Source of the DNA: Pecten maximus
Taxonomy: Eukaryota
Length of the DNA: 64,000 bases
Assembly (NCBI RefSeq): GCF_902652985.1
Contig: NC_047030.1
Span: 31,186,001-31,250,000, forward strand
Reading direction: 5' to 3'
How positions within the stretch are numbered: position 1 is the stretch's first letter; every line of letters begins with the position of its first letter. This document shows, in pieces, positions 38,617 to 50,852 of the stretch. The notes below the pieces were generated by a model, which had not been told where the DNA came from, made no database searches, and was given only the letters and a program-made list of their open reading frames with translations. The translations under genes were made by a program, and so were the position numbers.

Positions 38617-41600
38617 AATATTATTCAAAAATAATATTTATTTGATTACTTTCATAGCGAAAACCAATCAATGAAACATAAATAATAAGATAGATAAAGG
38701 TGTGAGAACAGCGAGGCCCAGTCAAGGAACTTCATAAATTCATGTACATTCGAGGGCTGATTGAAAAGTTGTTACGCCATAATATATATATACACCGATG
38801 GCAAAAGTTTATAGATACTGGGATTATGTTGAAAAATAATACAATATGTCCAGCAAAATTCAAATCCTTCTATATGAGGTTCACAACGTATCAATCAGCC
38901 CTCGTATAATAAAAAAATAAGTCTTTTGATAATTATGTTTCAATAATTATTCCCAATATGCATGCTGTATACTTTAATTGGTATCTCGGAATCGTGTTGA
39001 AAAATAATCATGGTGGTCAAAACATATCTGGGTTTCTAGTTTGGTAGTAATTTAAACTTCGTTTTGGGTGGAGAAAAGAAAGTACTGAAAACGGAGTTTC
39101 CGTGCCTTTAAAAACATGCACGAAGTAACATACCTGTGTAAAATACTCCAAAGATATTTTAGAGAAACGTATAATAAGGCTAAATAGTATTGTAAAAAAA
39201 AACAAAACCCAGTAGTATTTAAAGCTTAGTATATCGACCTTACCATGACTGCAGTTTCTTGTATGCATAGGGAAAAATGCGCTCTAACTAACTTGTGCTG
39301 CACATAGTTGGAATGTAATTCGTAGCTCTTAATGACCGTTTTAAGCTACGTCCTTTTTCTATTGGAAATAGTTTCTTTTGCTTCTTCTGCAAGAAGTTGA
39401 CGTTTTCACGTTTTTTAATGTTAATTCCAGGTTGCCAATATCTGATATTGAAATATTGGGACATATTCATTTTCTTTTTCTTTTGAAGCCGTGTGTGTGA
39501 ATGCAAATTATATTTGGAGGGAAAATGTAACAGAAGAGAACTTTATCTATAATGATGGCGTTGTGCTTACACAACAGACGTCAAACGCCATTAAGTGTGC
39601 ACGAGCCTGTAAATCACACTCCATTCCGTGTTTAGACATTACCTACACGACAACGACAGAGGAGTGCCGAGGGTACAGCGGACTGTCACATGACTCTATC
39701 AGTCAAGCGAACACCAAAATGTGGCGACGTAAGTAGGCTCAGTTCAAAGATGATGGGTTCAATTATTGTTCCTCGCAAAAACATTTATCTGTTTTTAATG
39801 TTGTATTTTTCATATTGTTTCAGGTAGAACCATTCTAGCAAACACCAAATTGTGCAAAGTAGCTCGCGGTATAAGTGATAAATAAACACATATTTTTACC
39901 GGAACAAAAATTGAGCGTAAACACATGGAACACCATCCTTAACATCCTTTAAAACCACGCCCTGATAAAAAAAACCAATGACATTGACCTATGTCCCTTT
40001 TGTGTTATTAAACTGTCCTTATCCCGACTTCCATTAAATATCTGAAATATATATTACATAATTGATTTATTTTAAAAAAAAATGAAGAATACAATGTAAT
40101 TTTTACATTCGTCTGTCAATGGCCATGCTATCAACTGGTAGGAAGAAGCGTGATTTTAAGGGCTGTGAACAACAATCATAGCGCTCCTCTATGACGTCAT
40201 AATTCTAGCTATTTGGAAGGCGGCAATTCATTGGACATCAAAATGTCTGTTCAACATAAAGGTTGTGGAAAGTTAATAATCACTTCTAGTTTAAATCAAG
40301 TTAGAATTAATAATTTGCCTTTAATATGAAGTGGCTTGCTTGTATATAAGATTCTGAATAATTTCGTTACTCATGTTATAAGATACATGCTGACGAAGCC
40401 TTATATAGCCTTCAATACTGCTGTATAATCCAATTGATATATTCATATCAATAAAATCTGTTGAAATGAAATATGCATTCTGATTTTCGAATTCATAGGG
40501 GTTACGCTAGTCGAGTAACGAAGACAAATATGGCTAATGGAATTCATTGTTATTCGTCACTTGATAGCAAATAAAATATGCTCCTAATCATTACAGCATC
40601 CATTGAAAGAATCAGCATGTAGTTTGTCAAGTTCGATTTAGTCTCTTTAAATATATGGACATATTTATGTCAATATCTACTGCTTACCTGCGTCACTTTG
40701 TAAATAAGATAACAATAGGAATTGTTCATCATTTTACCTGTCGTATGTGGACAATGGACAATGAATCACTTTGTCCTCCCAACGACACAATTGTATTAAA
40801 ACAATGGCTAATGAAATAAACAGTGGTGTTACTTATGGCATAAGGTAAGATTGTCCATCTTAGAAAACAGCAACAAAGTATATAAGCATTGACACAAATA
40901 TGAATCGATGAAATTTGAACGAAATACAAGAAAGTGATTTGGAGGGAGAATGTTGAAAAGTAGAACGAAATCACATTATTGCACGACGACGATTTGTGAA
41001 TTTGAAACCAGTGGTAACAGCGACCTATAAAGTTTATCGAATTATTAGGTCATTAACTTGACAACAATTGATCTAATCTGAAAATAAACAAATAAAGTAA
41101 CATATTGTATGAAACAGGATTAATAAGTTTTTCTTGTGAGATAAAAAAAGAGGAACCAAAAAAAACAACAACTAAAAAAAACAAAAACAAAAACAAAACA
41201 CAAAAAAATTATCCGAAAAACACTTTATTTCTAAAAAAGCGTCGTTACTTTTCAAAATGATGATTATTGTAATTAAGATATTGAATGATGAAACTCCATG
41301 TTTTCAAACTAATATAGGCCGCCATTATTACCTTTCTGAGTTTAATAGTGTATGTTTCAATGTTTCCAGACGTCTGTCGGCTAGACGGGTACACATACGA
41401 CCCGACCTTCCGTGTGTGTATTCGTCTGTACACCACCGCTAAGACCTGGTTCGAAGCTTCGGAGTCGTGCTCTAATGACACAGCATATCTCCTTATACTG
41501 GACACACTGGAGAAAGTGCAGGCCACGAAAACTGGTGCTCACAAGGACCTTTTCTCAGGCAAGTTATTTAGCGTTGATTTGCAAAAGGTTTGAGTTTGAT

Positions 41601-42403
41601 TCGATATATGATGTATTTTAAATTGAATACCCAAAATCAACTTATCGAGTGCGAAATAAGGTTTATATATTATTTTCATGTAAAATTATTCACTTTCAAA
41701 ATGAATAGATTCTGCAATGCGCTAAAAGTTGTGTGCGACAAAATATGTATGATTAGAATATTAAATGCACTTTGTTTGGGGCCGTGGTAGCCGAGTGGTT
41801 CAGGTGTCCCGACACTTTATCACTCGCCCTCCACCTCCGGGTTGTGAGTTTGAAACCTACGTGGAGCAGTTGCCAGGTACTGACCGTAGGCCGGTGGTTT
41901 TCCTCCGGTTACTCCGGCTTTCCTCCACCTCCAAAACCTGGCACGTCTTAACATGACCCTGGCTGTTAATAGGACTTTAAACAAACCAAACTAAAAGCAC
42001 ATTGTTTTATCATTTAGCTCTGCTAAGATTTATTATAACGTTTAAACATCAATTTTAAGAAGACCATAGGGCACATTGATTTATATTTCATAAAAATCAG
42101 TTTCACCATTGTAGCCAGTATCACATTGTTTTTTAATCAGACTTACTGTTAACCAATCAATATTATGTCGATACAGAATCACACAGTTGGTGGGTCGGAG
42201 GCTACGATTATGACATCGGAACAGCAAATGACTTCAAATGGAGCAATGGTGAAAGTATTGCCATACCAAGTGATATTTGGTTTCTACCGAACCAGCCGGA
42301 CAATCAAGCTGAAATGTGTGTAAATCTGTACATAAACACCCCTGGGATCAATGACCAAGAATGTGATGATTTATTGTATTATGCGTGTCAGGAAGACATT
42401 TAA
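38244..42403 (+). CDS. Secreted PAN/apple-domain + C-type lectin, copy 1, ~238 aa
   Basis: Exons 38244-38304 (signal peptide MSTNKLSGITLIFLSALIST), 39489-39728 (PAN-like, CxxxC...C...C), 41370-41558 and 42177-42403 (long-form CTLD: WWVGG, QPD, E-x-C, IND..C, Y.CQ). All introns phase 1; intron 3 donor is GCAAGT. Confidence 0.88.
38751..38904. mobile_element. Small mariner-like MITE
   Basis: CGAGGGCTGATTGA...TCAATCAGCCCTCG inverted termini followed by TA. Confidence 0.7.
41778..41992 (+). mobile_element. V-domain tRNA-SINE, full length, in lectin copy 1 intron 3
   Basis: Family match; imperfect TSD AAA(T/A)GCAC(T/A)TTGTTT. Confidence 0.9.
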
Positions 42404-42499
42404 CTCCAAGAAGACTCGTGTGCATTTCTTCGTCTATAAATTCACCTTCCTAATCGGCACATCTGTCAATAAAATGCTCCTTTACATTTTCGTTCATTG

Positions 42500-42720
42500 T
42501 ACTGTAAACGTTGAAATTTACGTGAGGTGGAAATTTACGCTAATAACGCAGAATCCTTTCGTTCGCGAAAATTCACCCCTCTCGTATTATTTTGATACCA
42601 ATTTGCGTAATCTTGAACTACAAGAGAAAGTGGATCGATCGCGAAAATTACCCCCACGCGTATAGTTTACATATTGACATCGCAAAATCAACCCCCGCGA
42701 AAATAATCATGTTTACAGTA
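42500..42720. mobile_element. MITE with TACTGTAAAC...GTTTACAGTA termini
   Basis: Inverted termini including TA; internal CGCGAAAAT repeats. Confidence 0.75.
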
Positions 42721-43204
42721 TATAAAATGTGTTTAAAATTGTCATTGGATGAAATGATTTGTTTTGTTGTTTGTATGTTAGGTTTATAGGCCCGAGAACA
42801 GCAGAGGTCATTTTAAGGTGTAATATCATTGGTGTGGCCGGTGACCACACTGATTAGCATACGAAAAGATACGTTGCTTGTTATCCAGAACATTTGAGGA
42901 AAAAATGATGCAACCAAAACAACATCGGTGGTTGGGTAGGGTTCGAACACCACTTCCCCGGTCTTCATCCGAGGTTGCATTTACTATAAACCGACTAACG
43001 GTCTGAAATGAAGTTTTTGAATGATCTGATAGACTAGATACTTGTCCTATGTTTTTTTTTGAACAAAATTGCTATCACAAGATCATTTTCCCCTAGTTTC
43101 AAACTTGAGACTTATCCTAGAGACAAAAGTAATGAAACTCAATCTTATCAATGCTAATTTTAATGTTTAAGTGATAATGGGCCAGTCTAATGACATGAGG
43201 ATTT

Positions 43205-43690
43205 TCTTTTTATCTGGCCCTGGTTTTATAGCTGTTCTTTGTATTTTGCCAAAATTTAAAGATTTTGTTTTGTATTTTTCCACAATTTATAAAATATTTT
43301 AATATTTTGCCCAAATTTTCAAATTTTATTTATTATTTTGCCAATATTTATAAAAAAAAATGTATTTTGCCCTAGATTCATGGATATTTTTTTTTATTTT
43401 GCTCTAGTTTTATGTATTTTGTTTTTGTTTTGCCCTTGGTTCTATAGATTTTGTTAACATTTTGCTCTGTTTGTATGGATTTGCTATTATTTGGCCCACT
43501 TTTATAGATGTTGTTGATATTTTGATGTTGATGTTTTATGAGTTTTGTTTAATATTTGCCCTAAATTTATAATTTTGCTTTTAATTGTCCGAGTTTACAC
43601 AGATTTTCTTTTTATCCTGTCATAGCTTTATAGATTTTGTTGTTATTTTGCGCAAGTTGTAACGATGATGTTGATATTTTGCCCTTATTT
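43205..43690. repeat. Degenerate ~32 bp T-rich tandem repeat
   Basis: Recurrent TTTTGCCC(T/A)..TTTTATAGATTTTGTT units. Confidence 0.65.
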
Positions 43691-44648
43691 TGTAAAAAAA
43701 AAGTGCCGTTTAGACATCGGTAGTGTCTTGATGGTTTTACTGGAACCTTTGGTCATTTTATTCATTAATTACTCATCAGTCATTAACCTTGTAAATCTAA
43801 GGCATCCAGCGCTAAAGGTAGATATAACAGGAGAAAAAGTATCCAGCAATATCTATAATCTTTCACTTTTACGATAATTCATCTTACAAACGTTCTTGTT
43901 TCAAATCTAAAGATACTTTACGACTAAGATGTCCACTAACAAGTCAGATCTAATACAGGTATGACAAAACACCCCGCAATTAATCCAAAGGTCTATATAC
44001 TGTAAACCAGTTTTTTCGTGGTTTCTACCTTTCGCAACACAAAGAATCGTGGCAACGGCACTCTTTCGTCAACGTTGAATAAGGATTAAAACAGGGAGTC
44101 TCAATTCCAAATGTATGTTTTGTGAGGGACACACATCAGAGGGATATTACTCATAGACTCGGACAACTTCTTCTGGTTTTGGTATTATTGATTATTGACT
44201 AGTATAAGTAGATTCAAAATAATATCTCACGTGAATGCAATATTAAATCACACGTGAATCCAGCATTAGATCACTCACGTGAAAGAAGGTCTCTTTGTAG
44301 AAATCGATACAGAATCGTATAATAGTCCGTCTTTAATACAATATTTAAATACTGTATATAACAGCTCCCTGTAAAAGACAACGAATGACGATCAATACTG
44401 GTGTCGATGTATATTTGAACACTATTGTCAGTCATTAGCTTTATTAACTGTGGTTTCATTATTGATTGGTTCTCATTAAAATGAAGGATGCTTTTATAAG
44501 TGTAATCTTTGTATTCACTGTCATTCATGTTTCGATCGACATCATCATAGTGCTGAGACGGATACCACGTTAGATGTGTCAGATGCCGATTCGTACTGAG
44601 GGTATCCATATGGGAAATCGGTAATATGTCTTATTTATTCATTTATTT

Positions 44649-44698
<50 letters not shown>

Positions 44699-44937
44699 GT
44701 ACACAAAACCCTAAAGTTGTTTTTAATCATATTGAAGGATTTTATCTTTTAATGGAAAATGTTGGGATGTAAATAATAGCCGTAGTATTTTATCACAATG
44801 TTTCCAGCAAAAATATAAGATGGTATCGTTCATAATTTTTCAATATGTTTTTTAAAAAATGTTTACATACAACACTGTATTGATTTGATAAATACATTTG
44901 TATCCATCCTTGATAACATTTCAGATAGACAACGCAA

Positions 44938-47900
44938 ATGGTGACTAACGAGTTATCTGGGATCAGGTCATGTTCTCTGATCATACTATTATCAACAGGT
45001 AAGATATTTACTTCACATTTTCTTATAATTCTATCTTGTAATATGCCTTTGTATTGCTTTATTTATTCCATTTGCTTCCAAGGCATCAGACACAAAATGT
45101 ATTGTCCCATTCATTTTAATTATATATATTCAAAAACACATTGCTTTTAGGACATATTTTTTTAGAATATGATTTGTAGCTGGCATATTCACAAAGTTGT
45201 GAAGGTGTCACGACGTTTTTGATTTACCTCAGCACCGGTTGACAATATCTGATTTTGAAATGAGTTTGACATCTGATTTGTTTTCTTTTTATTTTGAAGC
45301 TGTGTGCTCGAATCGAAATTTTATTTGGAAGGAAAATGTAACGGAAGAAAACCTTATCTACAATGATGGCGTCGTATTTACGCAACAGACGGCAAGCGCC
45401 ATTAACTGTGCTTGGGCCTGTCAAACCCACTCCATGCCGTGTTTAGACTTCACCTATACGACTACGACCGAGGAGTGCCGAGGGTACGACGGAATATCAC
45501 ATGACTCTGTCAGCCATGTGAACACAAAAATGTGGAGACGTAGGTATTTTGCAAAAACTACGTCATGCAAATTAGGTAGCAGTGTACAGGAAAAATGCCC
45601 AATTTTGAAAAATATGGCACATGTCTTAGATATGTAAACATTGCCAGTTAACCCTACATATAACCTCTAATAAAGTATATATATTTGTAATCTGTACAAC
45701 ATTTGCAATTTTAATACAGCTCTGAAGGATAAGTAAACTGATATTTTCTGTGATTTTTAGAGCTGTGAATACCATGGTAACAGCTTGAAAAATGCTCAAA
45801 AATTGCAAAATATTATGATATTTTACCCCAAACGACACAATTCTCTTCACAATTTTTTTCCCGAAACCTATTTAAAATTAAATATCTCTATCCCAAAGAC
45901 AGAATTAATCTTGTTTTGACATATGTTGTAAATTAAGTTTTTCTGCTATCTCAACTTTTCTGTGGGCTTCCATTTTTCGCTGTTAATTTGAAATCCGGAA
46001 CCAATTTATTAATTTTTGTTTCAACAAATGTGAAGTCTGTATGTACTACTTCATACTGAATATACCAATTATAGTGTACATTTATTTTTTCATTTTTTAT
46101 GCATATCATAATACAGGAGTTATTTGCTTAACAAAAAAATTGCCTATGGCCAGGCTGTCCTACTGTAGTGTGCTACCTTAATTATAAATATCACTCTGTA
46201 TGTTATTATGTTATCGAATGGTCATTTATATCATGTTTTTGAAACTAGTCAAATATTCAGTAATTGGTTAATTTAGCAAAGAAAAGCATTTTTGAGTGGC
46301 ACAGGAAGGATGCCATCTTGTCTGGAAACGGCTCAGATACCCATTTATAAACCGGAAGACGACGCGGCCTTCGCTCTCACAAATCTATTATTAGATTGTA
46401 TAAATAAAACGTAGCCGAATGGACTTCTACAGTAAAACAAAAAAGACATGTTGATTTGATATTCAAGCTTGTACGCTTAACCCCTCAGCATACGATAGTC
46501 ATTATCTGATGAAAGGGAGAGGAGTCAACAAACGTCATGCTTTAAATCCAATACTTGTTGTGATATACCAAAGTCTATTCACAATCGTAAACTAATGATA
46601 CCAGCTAGGCATTCAATCAAACACAGTTAATGGATCAATTTTGGTGTTCCGTTTGGCAGCAAACACAACATATTCGTCCTGAATACATCATCAATGTATC
46701 CAAATGTGTACATGATATTGCAGGCTATGTTGGACTAAGTAAAATATAAAATATAAAACAATATACATGGAAACATTTCCCTACATACCTGCGTTACACA
46801 TATACCGTGTTCTTCTGGATTTATTCGGCAATTGAAATTATTAACTATTATTTAACCAATTTACAGAATCCTGCAAAAATCATAAGGCTTTCACTGATAT
46901 CTTTTGGACAGGACAATCCTTTTTGAAAGATACAGGATGAAGAAGAAAATAACAAAGTTTTTATGATCATGATCTCATTGGGAAATGGTGTCCCTTGGTT
47001 ATCAAGCGACGTGAAGTCAAATAGTTTTATAGTCATGATCCAATTGGAAAATTATCTCCCTTTTTTTTTATTAAGCGATGGGAGTCAGAAGAAAAATACA
47101 GGCATTTTCATGTGAAATTGTGAAAACTTTAATTGTCGTTCTGCTCGATAATGATAAATTCGAAACAGTTAATATACTGTGGCATTAGCAAATATTGGTG
47201 AAGAGAAAAGGAAGATTTGGAGACAGGTTGTTGAATGAAAAGTTAAATAAATGACTTTGCTAAGCAAGTTAATTCATGTATGTTGTGGTGTCTAGCTACA
47301 TCTTTGAAAAAACAGAATCAATTTCATAAAATACTTTATCATTGCAAGACATTTGACTGCAATCAAGTTGATTGTTGATCTGATGATTTATTGTCTTAAT
47401 ATAAAACAAAGGAAAATTGGTGTTTCCAAAAAAACAAAGGTCAATATAATTACCTTCCTGCATCAAGTTTGGCTAAGCATCTTAAGTTAAGATTTGTATC
47501 GTTACTTTAAATCACGTTACATCTTCGTCCGACTAAACTTCGTATCTTCAGTTACGCTTAAAATAACGTCGTAACTGACGTCAGCTGATTGTATGTTCTG
47601 GTGTTTACAGAAGTCTGTCGTCTGGACGGGTACACATACGACCCGACCTTCCGTGTGTGTATTCGTCTGTACACCACCGCTAGGAACTGGCTCGGGGCTC
47701 TGGAGGCATGCTATACCGACACGGCATATCTTCTTATATTGGATACGATAGAGAAAGTCCGGGCTACGAAAACCGGTGTTCACAAGGACCTCTTCTCAGG
47801 CAAGTGATTTATCGTTGATTGTTTTTTTTTTTTATGTTTTCAGGGAAAAAAACTTATTAAGAAACGTTGAAAATTATGAAGCCAGAAATTTTGAAAATAG

Positions 47901-48642
47901 AAAAAACGATCGATTTTCATGGCAAATGCTTTTCTTTTGAAGACGTCAGACTTTTTTTTAGAAAAGTACAAATGAATGAAATATACCACTCGAAGAAGAT
48001 TTTCGAATGAATGCGATATTTTATACGAAATGTTATTATCCGGTAGATTTGTTTATATTTTTCTGTGCTAAAATTTCAAGCGCCAAATCAACTAATAATT
48101 AAATACTGTATATGTTCTTCCATAACCTATTATATTACTGTTTCCTAAGCTTTTTCGATTCCAAGAACAACAATTAAATGTATTTTCGTAGCAAGTATAG
48201 TAGAATTTCGACCGGATGCATTTTTTTTCACTTTTAATTCAAAACACGACAAGACAAGCTCAAACTGTTGGAGAGTGGTAATAGGGTAAATTATGTAACT
48301 TTTGGTATTGTATAAATAACAACAGTCTACGTATATTTGTTTTTAATAGATCTTTTATACACTTTGTCAGCAATGTATCACCTTTACTATTGTTTAATAT
48401 TTATCAATATATCTTATGTTGACACAGAATCAGATAGATGGTGGATAGGGGGTTATGATAATGACACGGAAACCAAATGGATCAATGGCGAAAATATCGA
48501 CATACCAAGCGAGATCTGGTATTCTTCAAACCAGCCGGACCACGACCATGAAGAGTGCATAAATCTTTTCATAAACTCTCTCGGAATCAATGATCAAACC
48601 TGTTCTCATCTAATGTATTATGTTTGTCAGGAAAACATTTGA
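44938..48642 (+). CDS. Secreted PAN/apple-domain + C-type lectin, copy 2, ~234 aa
   Basis: Exons 44938-44998, 45300-45539, 47611-47799 (GC donor GCAAGT), 48428-48642. Exon lengths 61/240/189 equal copy 1; last exon is 12 nt shorter. WWIGG, QPD and IND motifs. Confidence 0.88.
45572..46180. mobile_element. Non-autonomous DNA transposon, Kolobok-like termini
   Basis: TTAGGTAGCAG at left and GTGCTACCTTAA at right (imperfect TIR, TTAA-like flank). Confidence 0.5.
46600..46715 (-). mobile_element. Reverse transcriptase relic (YIDD)
   Basis: Minus strand at ~46681-46707 reads TFGYIDDVF; surrounding frame is broken. Confidence 0.4.
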
Positions 48643-49454
48643 AATGTTTAAAAGCTCATTCATGAACTGTCCATGAAATACACTAATCAATATGCCATAT
48701 AATTGAGATTAAATTTATCATTGTCTGATTATAGTTGTTGTTTGTTTCCTTCCTGGATTTATAGTGCTATGGACATAAAGGGTCATTATGACGTTATGTG
48801 TCCTTGTAGTTGTTGGTGGATACTTCACTGAACAACATATTGGCGGCCATTTGAATGCCATACAATACAATTTGGAGTAAGTTTCCTGTCCATTGTCACA
48901 ACCACAAAAACATATGATCGTCACTTCCTGAGACACACAACACATCCCGAGTAGGGATCGAACTATATTACTGTCATGAAACCTTAAATGTTCCTTTTCT
49001 ATGAGACATATATTTATCCAATAACTACGCTTGTTTCAAAACTGATATGGCACGTGATAGAATTCGTAACAGTGTGTTAATGTTTTTGTTTACAAAACGC
49101 ACTATGTAGCCAATTTCAGAGCCTCCGATTGGTTAGCTATGACACATGCAAGCACTTTGTTTTGAAACATCTTGATGCATATCTTAAAGTTCCCGAAGAA
49201 ATCCCTTTAAAATGATATATACTCTCACTCTGTGATGCAATGAAACAATTGGTTGACGAATGTTCTCTGTTTGTATCATGCATCAATGACGAAGTAAGGA
49301 TGACGTGGTGCACAACGTAATGTCCGAACGCCACTCTTTACCATTAGCACACATATATTTATCATAGAAAGTTTGAACTTTTGCTCATAACACATATATT
49401 ACCAACCTGAATATTTCGACATCTACTGTGATCTTCCTCAATAGGATTGGGATT

Positions 49455-49640
49455 CGGCAGGTGTATTGAATATAGTATACCGTGCCGTCTAGGTCTTTCT
49501 TGGATGCTTTGTCTTTGGGTCTAACACGATCCTGTCCTAATTTGTTAGATGGTTTAAAACAACACTGAATCTTGTGACCGCGTCTGAGGATTTCAGAAAT
49601 GTCCTTGATGTAAGAGACGAGTACAGAACTCTTTGATCTT
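49455..49640 (-). mobile_element. Penelope-like element fragment (linker preceding the GIY-YIG endonuclease)
   Basis: SVLVSYIKDISEILRRGHKIQCCFKPSNKLGQDRVRPKDK...GTVYYIQ resembles the PLE motif series PYxxxxSExxxR...FKP.N.L....VRPKD....GVVY.I. Confidence 0.75.
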
Positions 49641-50852
49641 TCGGATTCTTGGCTGTTTTCGTGTTGTGTTGCTGATTTCGAGTTATGTATACATGGATTC
49701 GAATTATACACGTATTATAAATATTCATCACAGTACAACTACGACAGGGAATACAAATCTTTACATTCGATTCAACAACGCATAGTACATTTGATACACT
49801 ATTTTATGATTAGATATACAACATAGCAACAAAAATGACGAAGGAAGACAACTTTATGATTCGTGCCCTGACCGGCCCTCAAACTCACGGTATACGGCAC
49901 CCAATCGCCTAGCAATAAATACCAGCAACTTATACCGCTGTGTCACATCCACGTTTTAAAAAAACGTTCAAATGGCGCAGTGATGGTCGGCCCGATACCC
50001 TGGCATGATCAAAATGACAAGTCGTCTATTATATGATACAAATATCTAGATCGCAATCGCAGCAATATTTACTGATATTTGAAATATTTACATTGAGAAC
50101 AGCATTTAATATTTTGAAGCTTTCGACAACTCACATATTTGGAAGAGCTATATTGACATTGCAATCGATAGTTTCGCATCATATAGATTCGAGGAACTAT
50201 CATTCATATCACGTGACTGACTGAGCACGTAACCAAAAATAGTGTGGATCATTACATTTGCTTGGGATAACTGATTGTCCATTATTTGGAAACATTTGTG
50301 ATACGTATGGTAAGTTTTTTTCATAGTTTTGCATTATACTATTGTATTTATTTTTCTCTCTCACCTAATATCTTTGTCTCAAGACTACACGCATTTGTGT
50401 TGCTAAGAGGTAATTTTCAATATTTGGTTAAATATGATTTAAGAATTGTATAGAGTGTATGCTGATTACATGGCTATGAAAATAAATCTCCATCAAATGC
50501 TTCATTCCCTTGTTTTGAGAGAGTTTATTAGTTATGGTAGAATCTGACGTATTGGTCGAATCATTTTTCAATATTTCATGATTTGTTCTCAATTCTCTCA
50601 AAGCGGCAAAAGTTACATATAAATATGTTGTCATAGTAGGGCTTACTAGCAATGCTAAGACCTAATGTTTTTTTTCCACGTTTGCTCTCGATTCCATCCA
50701 AATGGCAACATTACATTTAGATGGTGTGTAAAGTAGGGCTTAATGCTTATGACTTTTTTGTCGAATCATTTTTTCATTATCTGTTCTTGATTCTTTCCTA
50801 ATGGCAACCTTACATATATTTCTCGTACTTTATTTCCAGACTAGAGACCACG

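Noticed and set aside
46505-46540. Hammerhead-like CTGATGA...AAACGTC; similar CTGA(T/C)GA hits at ~29005, ~40390 and ~57078
   Set aside because: No GAAA core with a supporting stem II, so these are chance matches.
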